Assembly: GCA_964482185.1 (NCBI GenBank)
Contig: CAYZWN010000001.1
Location: 1-63,773, forward strand
DNA from: an uncultured Roseivirgaceae bacterium
Lineage (GTDB): Bacteria; Bacteroidota; Bacteroidia; Cytophagales; Cyclobacteriaceae
Reading direction: 5' to 3'
DNA: 63,773 bases
The position numbers were made by a program, and so were the translations under genes. The notes beneath the pieces were generated by a model that was given only the letters and a program-made list of their open reading frames with translations, searched no databases and was not told the DNA's origin. Below, in pieces: positions 10,058-18,741 of this stretch (the stretch's first letter is position 1; each line of letters begins with the position of its first letter).

Positions 10058-10426
10058 ATGGAAAACGCCAGGGAAGAATCCATCAGTAAAAAAATGAGTG
10101 CATTAAAGGAGGAGCTAAAAATAAATCAGGCAGATGCAGATGTGCCTGCGCTGGATAAAATACTGAAAAACAACCGGATTATCCATAGACTTTATCTGGT
10201 TGTCGGCATCATATTTTTGCTCGGATCAGTTGTTTTGATGTTTGCCTCGCTCATGATGGAAGGAAAATCCTGGAATAAAATCGAGTTTTCCAGAACTTTG
10301 TTTTTTACTGGTATGGGCATCAATCTGACAGCATTGGTTTTTATTCTGGCCGGTGAATTAAAGCTCAGAATTTACAAAATGCGATTTCTTAAATTTCTAA
10401 ATCAGATAAAAAGCCCGGAGGAATGA
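10058..10426 (+). CDS. Small membrane protein, hypothetical
   Basis: The ORF-track call begins at TTG 10040. The first ATG is at 10058 (MENAREESISKK...). Two hydrophobic segments are present (LYLVVGIIFLLGSVVLMFASLMM, LFFTGMGINLTALVFILAG). Confidence 0.5.
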   Translation: MENAREESISKKMSALKEELKINQADADVPALDKILKNNRIIHRLYLVVGIIFLLGSVVLMFASLMMEGKSWNKIEFSRTLFFTGMGINLTALVFILAGELKLRIYKMRFLKFLNQIKSPEE

Positions 10427-10473
10427 ACCGCAAAATGCAGGCAATTTATTTTAGTTTGTATTATCTTTAAACT

Positions 10474-11289
10474 ATGACCAAAAACCATTTAGACGCAAAA
10501 TTAAAAGAGGCAGAGTCCTGGTTTGCCCTGCATTGCACGCAGGCAATTGTTGCATTCTCCGGAGGTGTGGACTCATGTCTGGTAGCATTTCTCGCCAGAA
10601 AATATTTAGGAAAAGCTCATATGAAAGCCGTAATCGCCGATTCGCCAAGCCTGAAGCGCAAGGATCTGGATATTGCGAAACAATTTTGTGATGAGCAGGA
10701 TATACCGCTTGAGATCATTCATACCAGAGAACTCGATAACCCTAATTACGCCTCCAATCCGGTTGACCGTTGTTACTTTTGTAAATTTACCCTTTACGAC
10801 GAACTGGCGCTCATTGCTGAAAAGTACCCCGAAGCCAGTATTCTTAACGGACAAAATTTCGATGACCTGGGAGATTATCGCCCGGGCATCAGGGCTGCCG
10901 GTGAATTCCGTGTACTGAAACCACTTGCAGATTGCAATTTCACAAAGATCGACATTCGACAGATTGCGCAGCATTTTGGTCTGAGCACCTGGGACAAACC
11001 CGCCAGTCCGTGTCTCAGCAGCAGGATACCTTATGGTCAGGAAGTGACTGTGGAAAAATTAAGACAAATTGAGGAGGCCGAGAACATGCTCAACGCGCTT
11101 GGATTTGAAGATGTTCGCGTACGGCATTTTGAAAATAAGGCGAAGATAGAGGTGCCCGGTCATCAGGTGACTTTGCTGAAAAATCACGAAAAATACATAA
11201 AGAAAAATTTATTGGATATTGGTTTTATGGATTGTGAAATTGACGAGGAGGGATTAGTTTCGGGAAAACTTAACAGAGCCATTGCATGA
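10474..11289 (+). CDS. larE: ATP-dependent sacrificial sulfur transferase LarE (PP-loop ATPase of nickel-pincer cofactor synthesis)
   Basis: 271-aa ORF with PP-loop FSGGVDSCLVAF, CYFCK and the LarE-type PASPCLSSRIPYG cysteine motif. It is followed by larB with a 4-nt ATGA overlap. Confidence 0.82.
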   Translation: MTKNHLDAKLKEAESWFALHCTQAIVAFSGGVDSCLVAFLARKYLGKAHMKAVIADSPSLKRKDLDIAKQFCDEQDIPLEIIHTRELDNPNYASNPVDRCYFCKFTLYDELALIAEKYPEASILNGQNFDDLGDYRPGIRAAGEFRVLKPLADCNFTKIDIRQIAQHFGLSTWDKPASPCLSSRIPYGQEVTVEKLRQIEEAENMLNALGFEDVRVRHFENKAKIEVPGHQVTLLKNHEKYIKKNLLDIGFMDCEIDEEGLVSGKLNRAIA

Positions 11290-11936
11290 GCCATAATTTC
11301 AGAATTGATCATCAGCGCGAGTCACGGATCGGTTTTCAGGAGGTAGTTTTCGGAGCTTCAAAAACCATCGGGCAATTGGATGCAATCGTTCGCGATTTCA
11401 AAGCCAATAAAAAAAATGCCCTGATTACCAGAGTTCAGCCGGAAAAGGCGGATCTGATTTGTCAGGAGTTCAAACCGAGTTTTTACGATCCTTTGTCGCA
11501 GATTTTACTGGTTGGTGAGTTTCCAAAAAATCCCAAAGAAGGAGAGGTTGCCATCCTGTCCGGCGGTACGTCCGACCAGTATCTCGTGAATGAAATTTAC
11601 TACACGCTACTTTTTGTAGGCCGAAAGGCTGAGCGTTTTCAGGATATCGGCGTGGCAGGTGTACACAGGCTATTGGATAATCTTGATGCATTAAAGAAGT
11701 ATAAGGTGCTGATCGCAGTGGCCGGTTTTGAGGGAGCACTGCCCACGGTGGTAGGTGGTTTGTTGCCTCAGCCCATTATTGCCGTACCGGCCAGTATCGG
11801 GTATGGTATCGGAAAAGATGGCATTGCAGCGCTCTATTCCATGCTATCCAGTTGTGCGAATGGCATCAGCGTCGTGAATATTGACAATGGCTATGGCGCT
11901 GCCATGGCTGCTTTCAGAATTCTAAATATGAAATAG
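11286..11936 (+). CDS. larB: Nickel-pincer cofactor biosynthesis protein LarB (PurE/AIR-carboxylase-like NaAD carboxylase/hydrolase)
   Basis: 216-aa ORF: DHQRESRIGFQEVVFGASKT..., SGGTSDQ, VAGVHRL, IAVAGFEGALPTVVGGL, VPASIGYG, VNIDNGYGAA. Confidence 0.82.
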   Translation: MSHNFRIDHQRESRIGFQEVVFGASKTIGQLDAIVRDFKANKKNALITRVQPEKADLICQEFKPSFYDPLSQILLVGEFPKNPKEGEVAILSGGTSDQYLVNEIYYTLLFVGRKAERFQDIGVAGVHRLLDNLDALKKYKVLIAVAGFEGALPTVVGGLLPQPIIAVPASIGYGIGKDGIAALYSMLSSCANGISVVNIDNGYGAAMAAFRILNMK

Positions 11937-12194
11937 ACTTGATTTAAAGATCAAAAGTTCTGGTAAGCCGGCAAACGTTTATTACCCAGATTGTAAGATT
12001 GAGCATTCCCGCTTTTTGCTCAGCTATCCACCAGAAATAAGGCCCGCCTATTCCTTGCTAACTATGAAATTTTCTTACCTGATGGCCATAGAAGCACAAA
12101 TGGTTATAAACCAAGGCGGATATGAATTAATTTGTGGAAATATTTAAGATACACAATTTTCTGATAATTCGGTCTCCGCAAAAAATTATACAAT

Positions 12195-13355
12195 ATGATT
12201 GAAGCATGCATTTTTGAAGTATATAAGCGCGACAGGCGGGTTTTTATACCAGAATTCGGCGCACTCATCTACTCAGAGTTCAACGATGACATAGATTTTA
12301 ACAGCCACCTCACTTTTGATGACGGCAAGATAGTAGCTGAAATCATGGAACGACAAGGAACATCGGATGACGAGGCAAGAATAGCGCTTAATGCATATGT
12401 TCAGCAGTTAAAAGACTCAATAGGACAGGGAAAATTACATTATATAAAAGGTATAGGCTATTTCTGCATGGATCAGGATGGCAACTATATGGTTCAAAAG
12501 AACAACCCCGACGAAGATACTAATGATGCTTTTACCTCCGGTGCAACGACCGAAGAAGCTTCTTTGGATCCTTTTGATAAACTCATCGATTTTGACAATG
12601 AACCAATTGGCAAAACCGATCAGAATATTGAAGCCGGGATAAGCCCGAAAAGTGATGAGTTGGATGCCGGTGAAGATGATCCAATGCTTGATTTTGATGG
12701 AAATTTAATAAAAAAGGACGATTCAATTGCAGATTATAATGACGACAACTTTCAGGAGGACTACCGTGAAGATACCTTCTCCGTTAACATTGACCCTGCA
12801 TATCAGCCTGACAAAAAAAGCGGACCAAACAAGGCAATAATCAGTATTGCAGCAGTTGTGGTACTGATACTGATCGCCGTCTCTGTGTACTTTTTTGGAT
12901 TCAGAAATATCTCAGAAGAGGTAGCGGCCAAGCCCATGCCAAAAAGCATTGCAGAGGCCCTCGCTGTGAACAACAAGGATATAAAAGAAGACATTGATGA
13001 AGCGGATGAAGCTGCTTTGGATCGTGAAGAAATTATAGATGCGACAGAAGAAAAAACTACTGAAACTCCAGAGGTTTCTGAACCTGTAAACAGCCTGACC
13101 GATGCGGCATCCATAGAAGATGAATCAAAGACTTTTTGCCTCATTTTTGGAAGTTTCGAAGAAGAAAAAAATGCAGACCGTTATCTGAAGCGCATCCAGC
13201 CCGGGGTAACCGGCGCTAAAAAAATCAGCGGACGAAAGGGTCTCTACTACATTGCTATCGACAACCTGAAAGGTAAAACCAGCGCCACCCAATTGCTCGA
13301 TCAAATGCAAAATGATTTTCCGCAAGCCTGGATTTATAATCAGGCTATGCTGTAA
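12195..13355 (+). CDS. HU-CCDC81-like N-terminal domain / TM / acidic linker / C-terminal SPOR domain protein
   Basis: 386-aa ORF. The N-terminus is an HU-like fold pattern (VFIPEFGALIYSE...KLHYIKGIGYF). One TM segment follows (AIISIAAVVVLILIAVSVYFFGF), then a D/E-rich linker and a SPOR-like C-terminus (FCLIFGSFEEEKNADRYLKRI...GLYYIAIDNL). Confidence 0.75.
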   Translation: MIEACIFEVYKRDRRVFIPEFGALIYSEFNDDIDFNSHLTFDDGKIVAEIMERQGTSDDEARIALNAYVQQLKDSIGQGKLHYIKGIGYFCMDQDGNYMVQKNNPDEDTNDAFTSGATTEEASLDPFDKLIDFDNEPIGKTDQNIEAGISPKSDELDAGEDDPMLDFDGNLIKKDDSIADYNDDNFQEDYREDTFSVNIDPAYQPDKKSGPNKAIISIAAVVVLILIAVSVYFFGFRNISEEVAAKPMPKSIAEALAVNNKDIKEDIDEADEAALDREEIIDATEEKTTETPEVSEPVNSLTDAASIEDESKTFCLIFGSFEEEKNADRYLKRIQPGVTGAKKISGRKGLYYIAIDNLKGKTSATQLLDQMQNDFPQAWIYNQAML

Positions 13356-13645
13356 TCTTGCTGGTAATCCTGATCTCGGGTCAACCATTAATGCTATCTA
13401 TTCCATAGATTGTCAATGTAGTCGGCTATCATGATATTCCGGTTTATGATATGAAAAAGAGAAATCACCTATGCCCCTTCGCGGGAAAACAACCTTCAGT
13501 AAATCGTTGACACGACACTGGTATTTTAATGGATTTTTTAAAATACTTACTTCTCCCGAAATTGCGACGGCTTTTGGGAAATAAGCTTAAATTTTTAAAA
13601 ACATACACTATATTCGGCGTTTTAAAAATAACAAACTAAGCTAAC

Positions 13646-14119
13646 ATGAATCCACTTGTCATTAGCAGCCATGCGGAATTCGAACAGTACATTGGCAAGG
13701 AGCTCGGCGTTTCGGATTATCTCAAAATCACGCAGGAGCGTATTGACAAATTTGCCGAAGCTACACTGGATTATCAATGGATACATACCAACCCGGAGCG
13801 GGCTAAAAAAGATGGGAATTTCGGTGGCACGATCGCACATGGCTATCTCAATATTTCAATCGCGCCATACCTGTGGGAGCAGATTGCCGAAATCCGCAAT
13901 ATTGACATGATGATTAATTACGGTGTTGAAGATTTGAAATTTAACCAGCCGGTGCAGGTTGACAGTGAAGTGCGGTTAAGAGCGGAACTGAAATCACTTG
14001 CCAATCTGCGCGGTATTACCAAATGCCATCTGCGCATCACCCTGGAAATCAAAGACAATCCAAAGCCGGCTTTGACCGGCGTACTGGTGTTTCTCTACTA
14101 TTTCAATAATAATAGATAA
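13646..14119 (+). CDS. MaoC-like (R)-specific enoyl-CoA hydratase / hot-dog fold dehydratase
   Basis: 157-aa ORF with the MaoC hot-dog pattern: ITQERIDKFAEATLDYQWIHTNPERAK, GGTIAHGYL. Confidence 0.8.
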   Translation: MNPLVISSHAEFEQYIGKELGVSDYLKITQERIDKFAEATLDYQWIHTNPERAKKDGNFGGTIAHGYLNISIAPYLWEQIAEIRNIDMMINYGVEDLKFNQPVQVDSEVRLRAELKSLANLRGITKCHLRITLEIKDNPKPALTGVLVFLYYFNNNR

Positions 14120-14311
14120 GCAGTTTTATCTTCGCGGATTGCCTGTTGATCGTTTTCATTTACAAACTTTATAGGAAAGCGAGGCCCGGGACCTTTCAAA
14201 TTTCCCGAATATCCTCAGCAGTAACATTCTTTAAACCAGGTATTGATCACTTCCAAACACCAAAAAACCTAATCACGCTAACCCGCAAAATTCATCTGAA
14301 TTTTTCGCCCT

Positions 14312-14352
14312 GCCTCGCCTTCGCGTTGCCGCTTCGGCAGAGCGAAGTGGGC
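14312..14352. other. GC-rich nested hairpin inside a 328-bp intergenic gap
   Basis: The pairings are GCC(14312-14)/GGC(14350-52), CTTCGC(14319-24)/GCGAAG(14342-47) and TGCCG(14327-31)/CGGCA(14335-39). No adjacent U-run on either strand. Confidence 0.4.
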
Positions 14353-14447
14353 CGCTGAGAATTACTTGTTTTTTGATGCTTGCAATCTGGATTTTCTTTT
14401 TTAATCCATAATAGGACTTCATTTAATTAACCCAATGAGCAGTAGTA

Positions 14448-14978
14448 TCAGAGCGTTTGAGTGATTCCTTCCGCAGTAAAATCTGTTGAAATATTTATGG
14501 TTTCTTCATTAAAGTTGTCAAATGTTGCAGAAAAACTACCTTCTACTTTATCGTTTGAAATTTTCTTTAATACAATCTGACCTGACACGCCCAAGAACAA
14601 GAACATACTTCCACTCAGACGTGCGCCGATATTTACAAGTGAACCTTCTTCTTCTGATTCAATATCCACCGTATATGTTCCGGTATTGATGCCATCCAAA
14701 TCGCCAATTTTACCGATTGTCAAAATTATAAATTCATCTTCATTGTTTTTGTTCTCAAGCGTGATGTTCAAAACAGAGCCATTTTCCATAGCAGTTTTTG
14801 ATTTAAGAATAGCATGAACAAAAAAAGCTTCTCCTTCAAAACTTCGATTCTGATCTCCGGTCAAAGTGGCCTTAAAGCTGCCATTTATCATTTCATCGTC
14901 TGGCTCCGCATCGTCACTTCCGCCGCAGCCTGCAATAAATAATAGGGCAAGAAGGGGTAATAGTTTTAAATTTTTCAT
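14448..14978 (-). CDS. Lipoprotein, hypothetical
   Basis: 176-aa ORF with signal peptide and lipobox LLFIAGCGGSDD. No recognisable family. Confidence 0.65.
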   Translation of the reverse strand: MKNLKLLPLLALLFIAGCGGSDDAEPDDEMINGSFKATLTGDQNRSFEGEAFFVHAILKSKTAMENGSVLNITLENKNNEDEFIILTIGKIGDLDGINTGTYTVDIESEEEGSLVNIGARLSGSMFLFLGVSGQIVLKKISNDKVEGSFSATFDNFNEETINISTDFTAEGITQTL

Positions 14979-15150
14979 GATAATTGATTTTTAGTGATTG
15001 ATAATTTATTTGTCCTTCATAAAAAATTCCGGCAGCAGGTAAACAGATTTTTTAATCTTTCTTTATCGAACTCAGGAAAAAAAAGACAAGTATGCGAATA
15101 GCTGGAAGGTTCGCCGCTATTCCTGATGAAATGATAGAGGCACCAAATAA

Positions 15151-15190
15151 GACAAAAAAATAAAGGCGAGCTTTTGGCCGCTCGCCTTTA
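15151..15190 (-). terminator. Intrinsic terminator downstream of the 15240..15806 gene
   Basis: 11-bp stem 15161..15171 / 15180..15190 (TAAAGGCGAGC / GCTCGCCTTTA) with an 8-nt loop. On the minus strand it is followed by TTTTTTTG. Confidence 0.8.
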
Positions 15191-15239
15191 TTCATCTAAA
15201 CACCCAAAATTATGAAAAAAACTACTAAGACAATTCTCT

Positions 15240-15806
15240 TTAAAATTCGGCAGTTGCCAACAATTTGGACTCTGCAACCACCTCGATTTTCAATTCATCG
15301 GCTCTGACTTTAGACAGATCATAAATTCTCGAGAAACTCGACTCATGATCAATGTAGTCGCCAAATACCAAATCATTGCGTTTATTCAGGATTTTCACGC
15401 TCACCGGACTCATAAAGTCACCCTTCACGATCACCTTCGCTTTACCACCTTCGATCTTTCTGATGGTAGCAACCATATTTACATCCTCTGATCTGTTGAT
15501 CTTTGCAACATATTCACCTTCATCATCAGTTTCTTTGAACGAAAATTCACCATGACTGAGATTTTGGAAGTTATATGGTTTTGTGAAAGATTTCTTATGC
15601 TTAATGTTCTCTGCGTGAAGCAGTGTGCCATCCTGATCCAGTACTTCTACCTTTACGTTGCACGTTCCTTTATTGACATATGTCAACTGGTAGAGATCCT
15701 TATCAACCGGATCCAGTTTTACTGATTTCTGCTGGGCTTTTGCCCCTGCGGCCATACCTGCAACTATTGCAGCTACTGCCAGTGTTGTTCTTGCTATACG
15801 TTTCAT
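15240..15806 (-). CDS. Secreted protein, hypothetical; two tandem beta-sandwich-like modules
   Basis: 188-aa ORF with Sec signal MKRIARTTLAVAAIVAGMAAGAKAQ. It contains two internally similar segments (VKVEVLDQDGTLL... and VSVKILNKRNDLVF...). Confidence 0.65.
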   Translation of the reverse strand: MKRIARTTLAVAAIVAGMAAGAKAQQKSVKLDPVDKDLYQLTYVNKGTCNVKVEVLDQDGTLLHAENIKHKKSFTKPYNFQNLSHGEFSFKETDDEGEYVAKINRSEDVNMVATIRKIEGGKAKVIVKGDFMSPVSVKILNKRNDLVFGDYIDHESSFSRIYDLSKVRADELKIEVVAESKLLATAEF

Positions 15807-16162
15807 CGTTGACTGTTGTTTTTGAGTTTTTGATCAACGTTCAGTACAAAGGTACGGTAATTATTTTGATAATGTTGCAATAGAATCTCATAATTATTTT
15901 GATATATTTATAAAATATTACTTTATATTAACATATTTTTAATATTATCATTATTTTTTGTAATTTCTTAATTTGAGGACTAAGCCTGCCGGGGATTATT
16001 GCAAATTGACGAATAAAAAAAAATTTCGCTTAATGTAAATTTAACACTAAGCTGTCTTGAAAAATCACTTACGAACCAATTTGTTGATCAAAAACAGGAA
16101 TTGAAAAGAGGCTTTCCAATATTTTTAAATTACCAAAAATACGATTTGGATTCGATGAATCA

Positions 16163-17107
16163 TCAGGGTTGAGGCGGCCCGTCTTCACATTGCAGATCGC
16201 CCAACACATACTGCATCCCATTCAGATAGTATTTCAGCATGCGGGTATGCTCATAACTTTGGGCATTGTGCGAAGGGGAGCAATAAAAAACCTTGCCTTT
16301 GCCGTATCTTTTTATCCATGAGACATAACTAATCTCATCAGCTGGTTCATGCTTTAGTTTCTCAATCTTTGCAACCTCCATATACAGCAGCGGCCTGAAG
16401 TCTTTTTCGGCATAGGCATTTTTAAAAAAATAGGGTTCATCGATATGCGTAAAGGATTTACCTTCAAAAGCCAGTGTCATAGGATGCGCAGCTTCCGAAA
16501 TCAGCAGTTCGATCTGCTGTTGCGGCGGATGATAATCGAAACTCCCGCCGGTCATTTTGCTGACTTCCATGGAGTTGTTTTGCATTACAATGCCCCCGTG
16601 CAGGACGGCGAGTCCACCTCCTTTTTTTACAAAGTTGAGCATGTTTGCCTCCAACTCAGCCGCTTTTTTAACCCTATCCTGCTCACTTAGTCCTTCTCTG
16701 TTGCCAAGTGCGTCATAAAACAGATCGCGCCTGTCACCCACCGAGCAATTGTTATTCAATACAATTGCATCAAACTGTTTGAGATTCTTCTTTTCAAACA
16801 TAGATATATCGGTACTCTGAACGACTTCATATGCGCCGGTTTTTTCTCCTAACATGGTAATGACGTAATCAACATGAGGAATTGTCCAGTGATTAAAACC
16901 CGTAAATAAAGAAAAGAGCAGCACCTTATGCTTCCTGGAAACAGGCGCTTGTGTTTCCGCCGGCGCAAGTTGAACGATCTTATTTTTCCATGCCTCATCC
17001 AAAGGAATGGGATCAAGCGATTTCACCTGGCTACAAGCCTGTAAGGGTATGGCGAGGAGAAATAACAGGGAAGCACTTATTTGTAAATTGCGCATGGTAA
17101 CCTTCAT
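16163..17107 (-). CDS. ThuA domain-containing protein (trehalose-utilisation-like), exported
   Basis: 314-aa ORF with an N-terminal signal (LLFLLAIPLQACSQ). ThuA-like blocks are VLLFSLFTGFNHWTIPH, FDAIVLNN and GGGLAVLHGG. Confidence 0.75.
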   Translation of the reverse strand: MKVTMRNLQISASLLFLLAIPLQACSQVKSLDPIPLDEAWKNKIVQLAPAETQAPVSRKHKVLLFSLFTGFNHWTIPHVDYVITMLGEKTGAYEVVQSTDISMFEKKNLKQFDAIVLNNNCSVGDRRDLFYDALGNREGLSEQDRVKKAAELEANMLNFVKKGGGLAVLHGGIVMQNNSMEVSKMTGGSFDYHPPQQQIELLISEAAHPMTLAFEGKSFTHIDEPYFFKNAYAEKDFRPLLYMEVAKIEKLKHEPADEISYVSWIKRYGKGKVFYCSPSHNAQSYEHTRMLKYYLNGMQYVLGDLQCEDGPPQP

Positions 17108-17212
17108 TAAAGTTTAAACATAAGAAGCCGGACAAGGCAGTATGTTCTATTCATGTAATGCCCTCCTCTTCACTTTTGTAATCATCACAAAGACACACAT
17201 AAATATAAGCAA

Positions 17213-17794
17213 TTATCCTGCATTTGCCTTCAAAATGACCTGCTCTATGATTCCTGGATAATGTTCATATTCCAGCCTATGCACTTTTTGAGCCACATCG
17301 TCAGGGGTATCAGTCTTCAGAACTTTGCATTTGGCCTGAAAAATAATATTGCCCTCATCATATTTTTCATTTACAAAGTGAATGGTTATGCCTGATTCCT
17401 TTTCCTTGTTGGCGACTACGGCTTCATGTACAAAATTTCCATACATACCTTTTCCTCCGTACCTGGGCAACAAAGCAGGATGAATATTCACAATCCGGTT
17501 TGGAAAATTCTTAACAAACCGCTCCGGGAAAAGCCACATAAAGCCGGCTAAAACAATAAAGTTGATACTATTAAGCCGTAAAATCTCATCCACCACTTTC
17601 TGCTTATAAAAAATATCTCTACTGAAGACAAATTGGGGAATCTTGTGCTTTAGGGCTCTTTCAAGTACATAGGCTTTTTTATTGTTTGAAAGGATCATTC
17701 CAACCGAAATATGCTCGTGGCCCTTGAAATGCCGGATAATTTCTTCGGCGTTGGTCCCGCTGCCGGATGCAAAAATGGCAATATTCGTTTTCAC
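17213..17794 (-). CDS. purN: Phosphoribosylglycinamide formyltransferase
   Basis: 193-aa ORF: IAIFASGSGTNAEEI, IVLAGFM, NIHPALLP.YGG, GITIHFV. Confidence 0.92.
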   Translation of the reverse strand: MKTNIAIFASGSGTNAEEIIRHFKGHEHISVGMILSNNKKAYVLERALKHKIPQFVFSRDIFYKQKVVDEILRLNSINFIVLAGFMWLFPERFVKNFPNRIVNIHPALLPRYGGKGMYGNFVHEAVVANKEKESGITIHFVNEKYDEGNIIFQAKCKVLKTDTPDDVAQKVHRLEYEHYPGIIEQVILKANAG

Positions 17795-17810
17795 TGGTCT
17801 GATGTTTAAT

Positions 17811-18686
17811 TTAGAAAAATGTCATACTAAAAATACCGGCCAGCATAATCAGCTTACAAAATACGCTCAACCGGTGAAATCGTTTCTGCGTGTCTGCCCT
17901 ATAAAGTAAATAAATAAAGTAAATGATCGGAAGACCCAGTAGTATAAAAAACAGATTTAGTGTTTCATTTCCAAGCTGATTAGCGAGGAAGAAAAGTATG
18001 AAGACAAAAAGGGCTATCAGAATAAATAGTAAGTACTTGGTTTTTCGCAAACCCCAGATGATGGGCAAGGTCTTGCTGCCAAATCGCATATCGCCCCGGA
18101 TGTCTTCCATATCCTTGATGATCTCCCGAACAAGATTAATAGAAAAGGCAAAAACCGCATAGGCCATCAGTAATTGAACATTTCTTTGAAGGTATAAAGC
18201 AATAATGCCAATGGACAAAGCTGTGAGAAAAGCGATCATCATGTTTCCTACCAGTGGCATCCTTTTTAAACGATTGGAATATATCCAAAGTAAAAATCCT
18301 GCCAGAAAATTCACAATCCCCACTTTTGGACTTAGAAAAAAACCTATTGCAATACCTAGCAGGTTCAGGATAATATGAGATGCAAGCACAATTCTCCTTT
18401 TTATCAGTTTGCCAACCACCACCCGGTCAGGCTTATTTACATAGTCGATCTTGATGTCGTAATAGTCGTTGATGATGTATCCGGCCGCGGCAATCATCAG
18501 GGTTGAACTGATAAGCAGGATTAATTTCGGGTCATAAATTTTATGATACCAGTCGTGCGGATGACCCACCAGGAAAATAGCCGAAAAATATTGCGTAAGC
18601 GCGATAATCAGCAGATTTGGAAACCTGGTAAGTTGTAAAAAACCGCGAACTGAAAAATCTCTTTTCCCTGACCTGGCAGCACTCAT
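17811..18686 (-). CDS. UbiA-family prenyltransferase (digeranylgeranylglyceryl-phosphate-synthase-like subgroup)
   Basis: 291-aa polytopic ORF with the two Asp-rich motifs NDYYDIKIDYVNKP and KDMEDIRGDMRFGSKTLP. Confidence 0.8.
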   Translation of the reverse strand: MSAARSGKRDFSVRGFLQLTRFPNLLIIALTQYFSAIFLVGHPHDWYHKIYDPKLILLISSTLMIAAAGYIINDYYDIKIDYVNKPDRVVVGKLIKRRIVLASHIILNLLGIAIGFFLSPKVGIVNFLAGFLLWIYSNRLKRMPLVGNMMIAFLTALSIGIIALYLQRNVQLLMAYAVFAFSINLVREIIKDMEDIRGDMRFGSKTLPIIWGLRKTKYLLFILIALFVFILFFLANQLGNETLNLFFILLGLPIIYFIYLLYRADTQKRFHRLSVFCKLIMLAGIFSMTFF

Positions 18687-18741
18687 AAGTCTAATTAAAT
18701 CACGATGCTAAAATACGATTTAAATGCCTGTCCAAGACAAA

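Noticed and set aside
14146-14358. A 70-aa plus-strand ORF in the MaoC-lipoprotein gap.
   Set aside because: It has no motifs, starts with a non-ATG call, and runs through the GC-rich hairpin. It is more likely non-coding.
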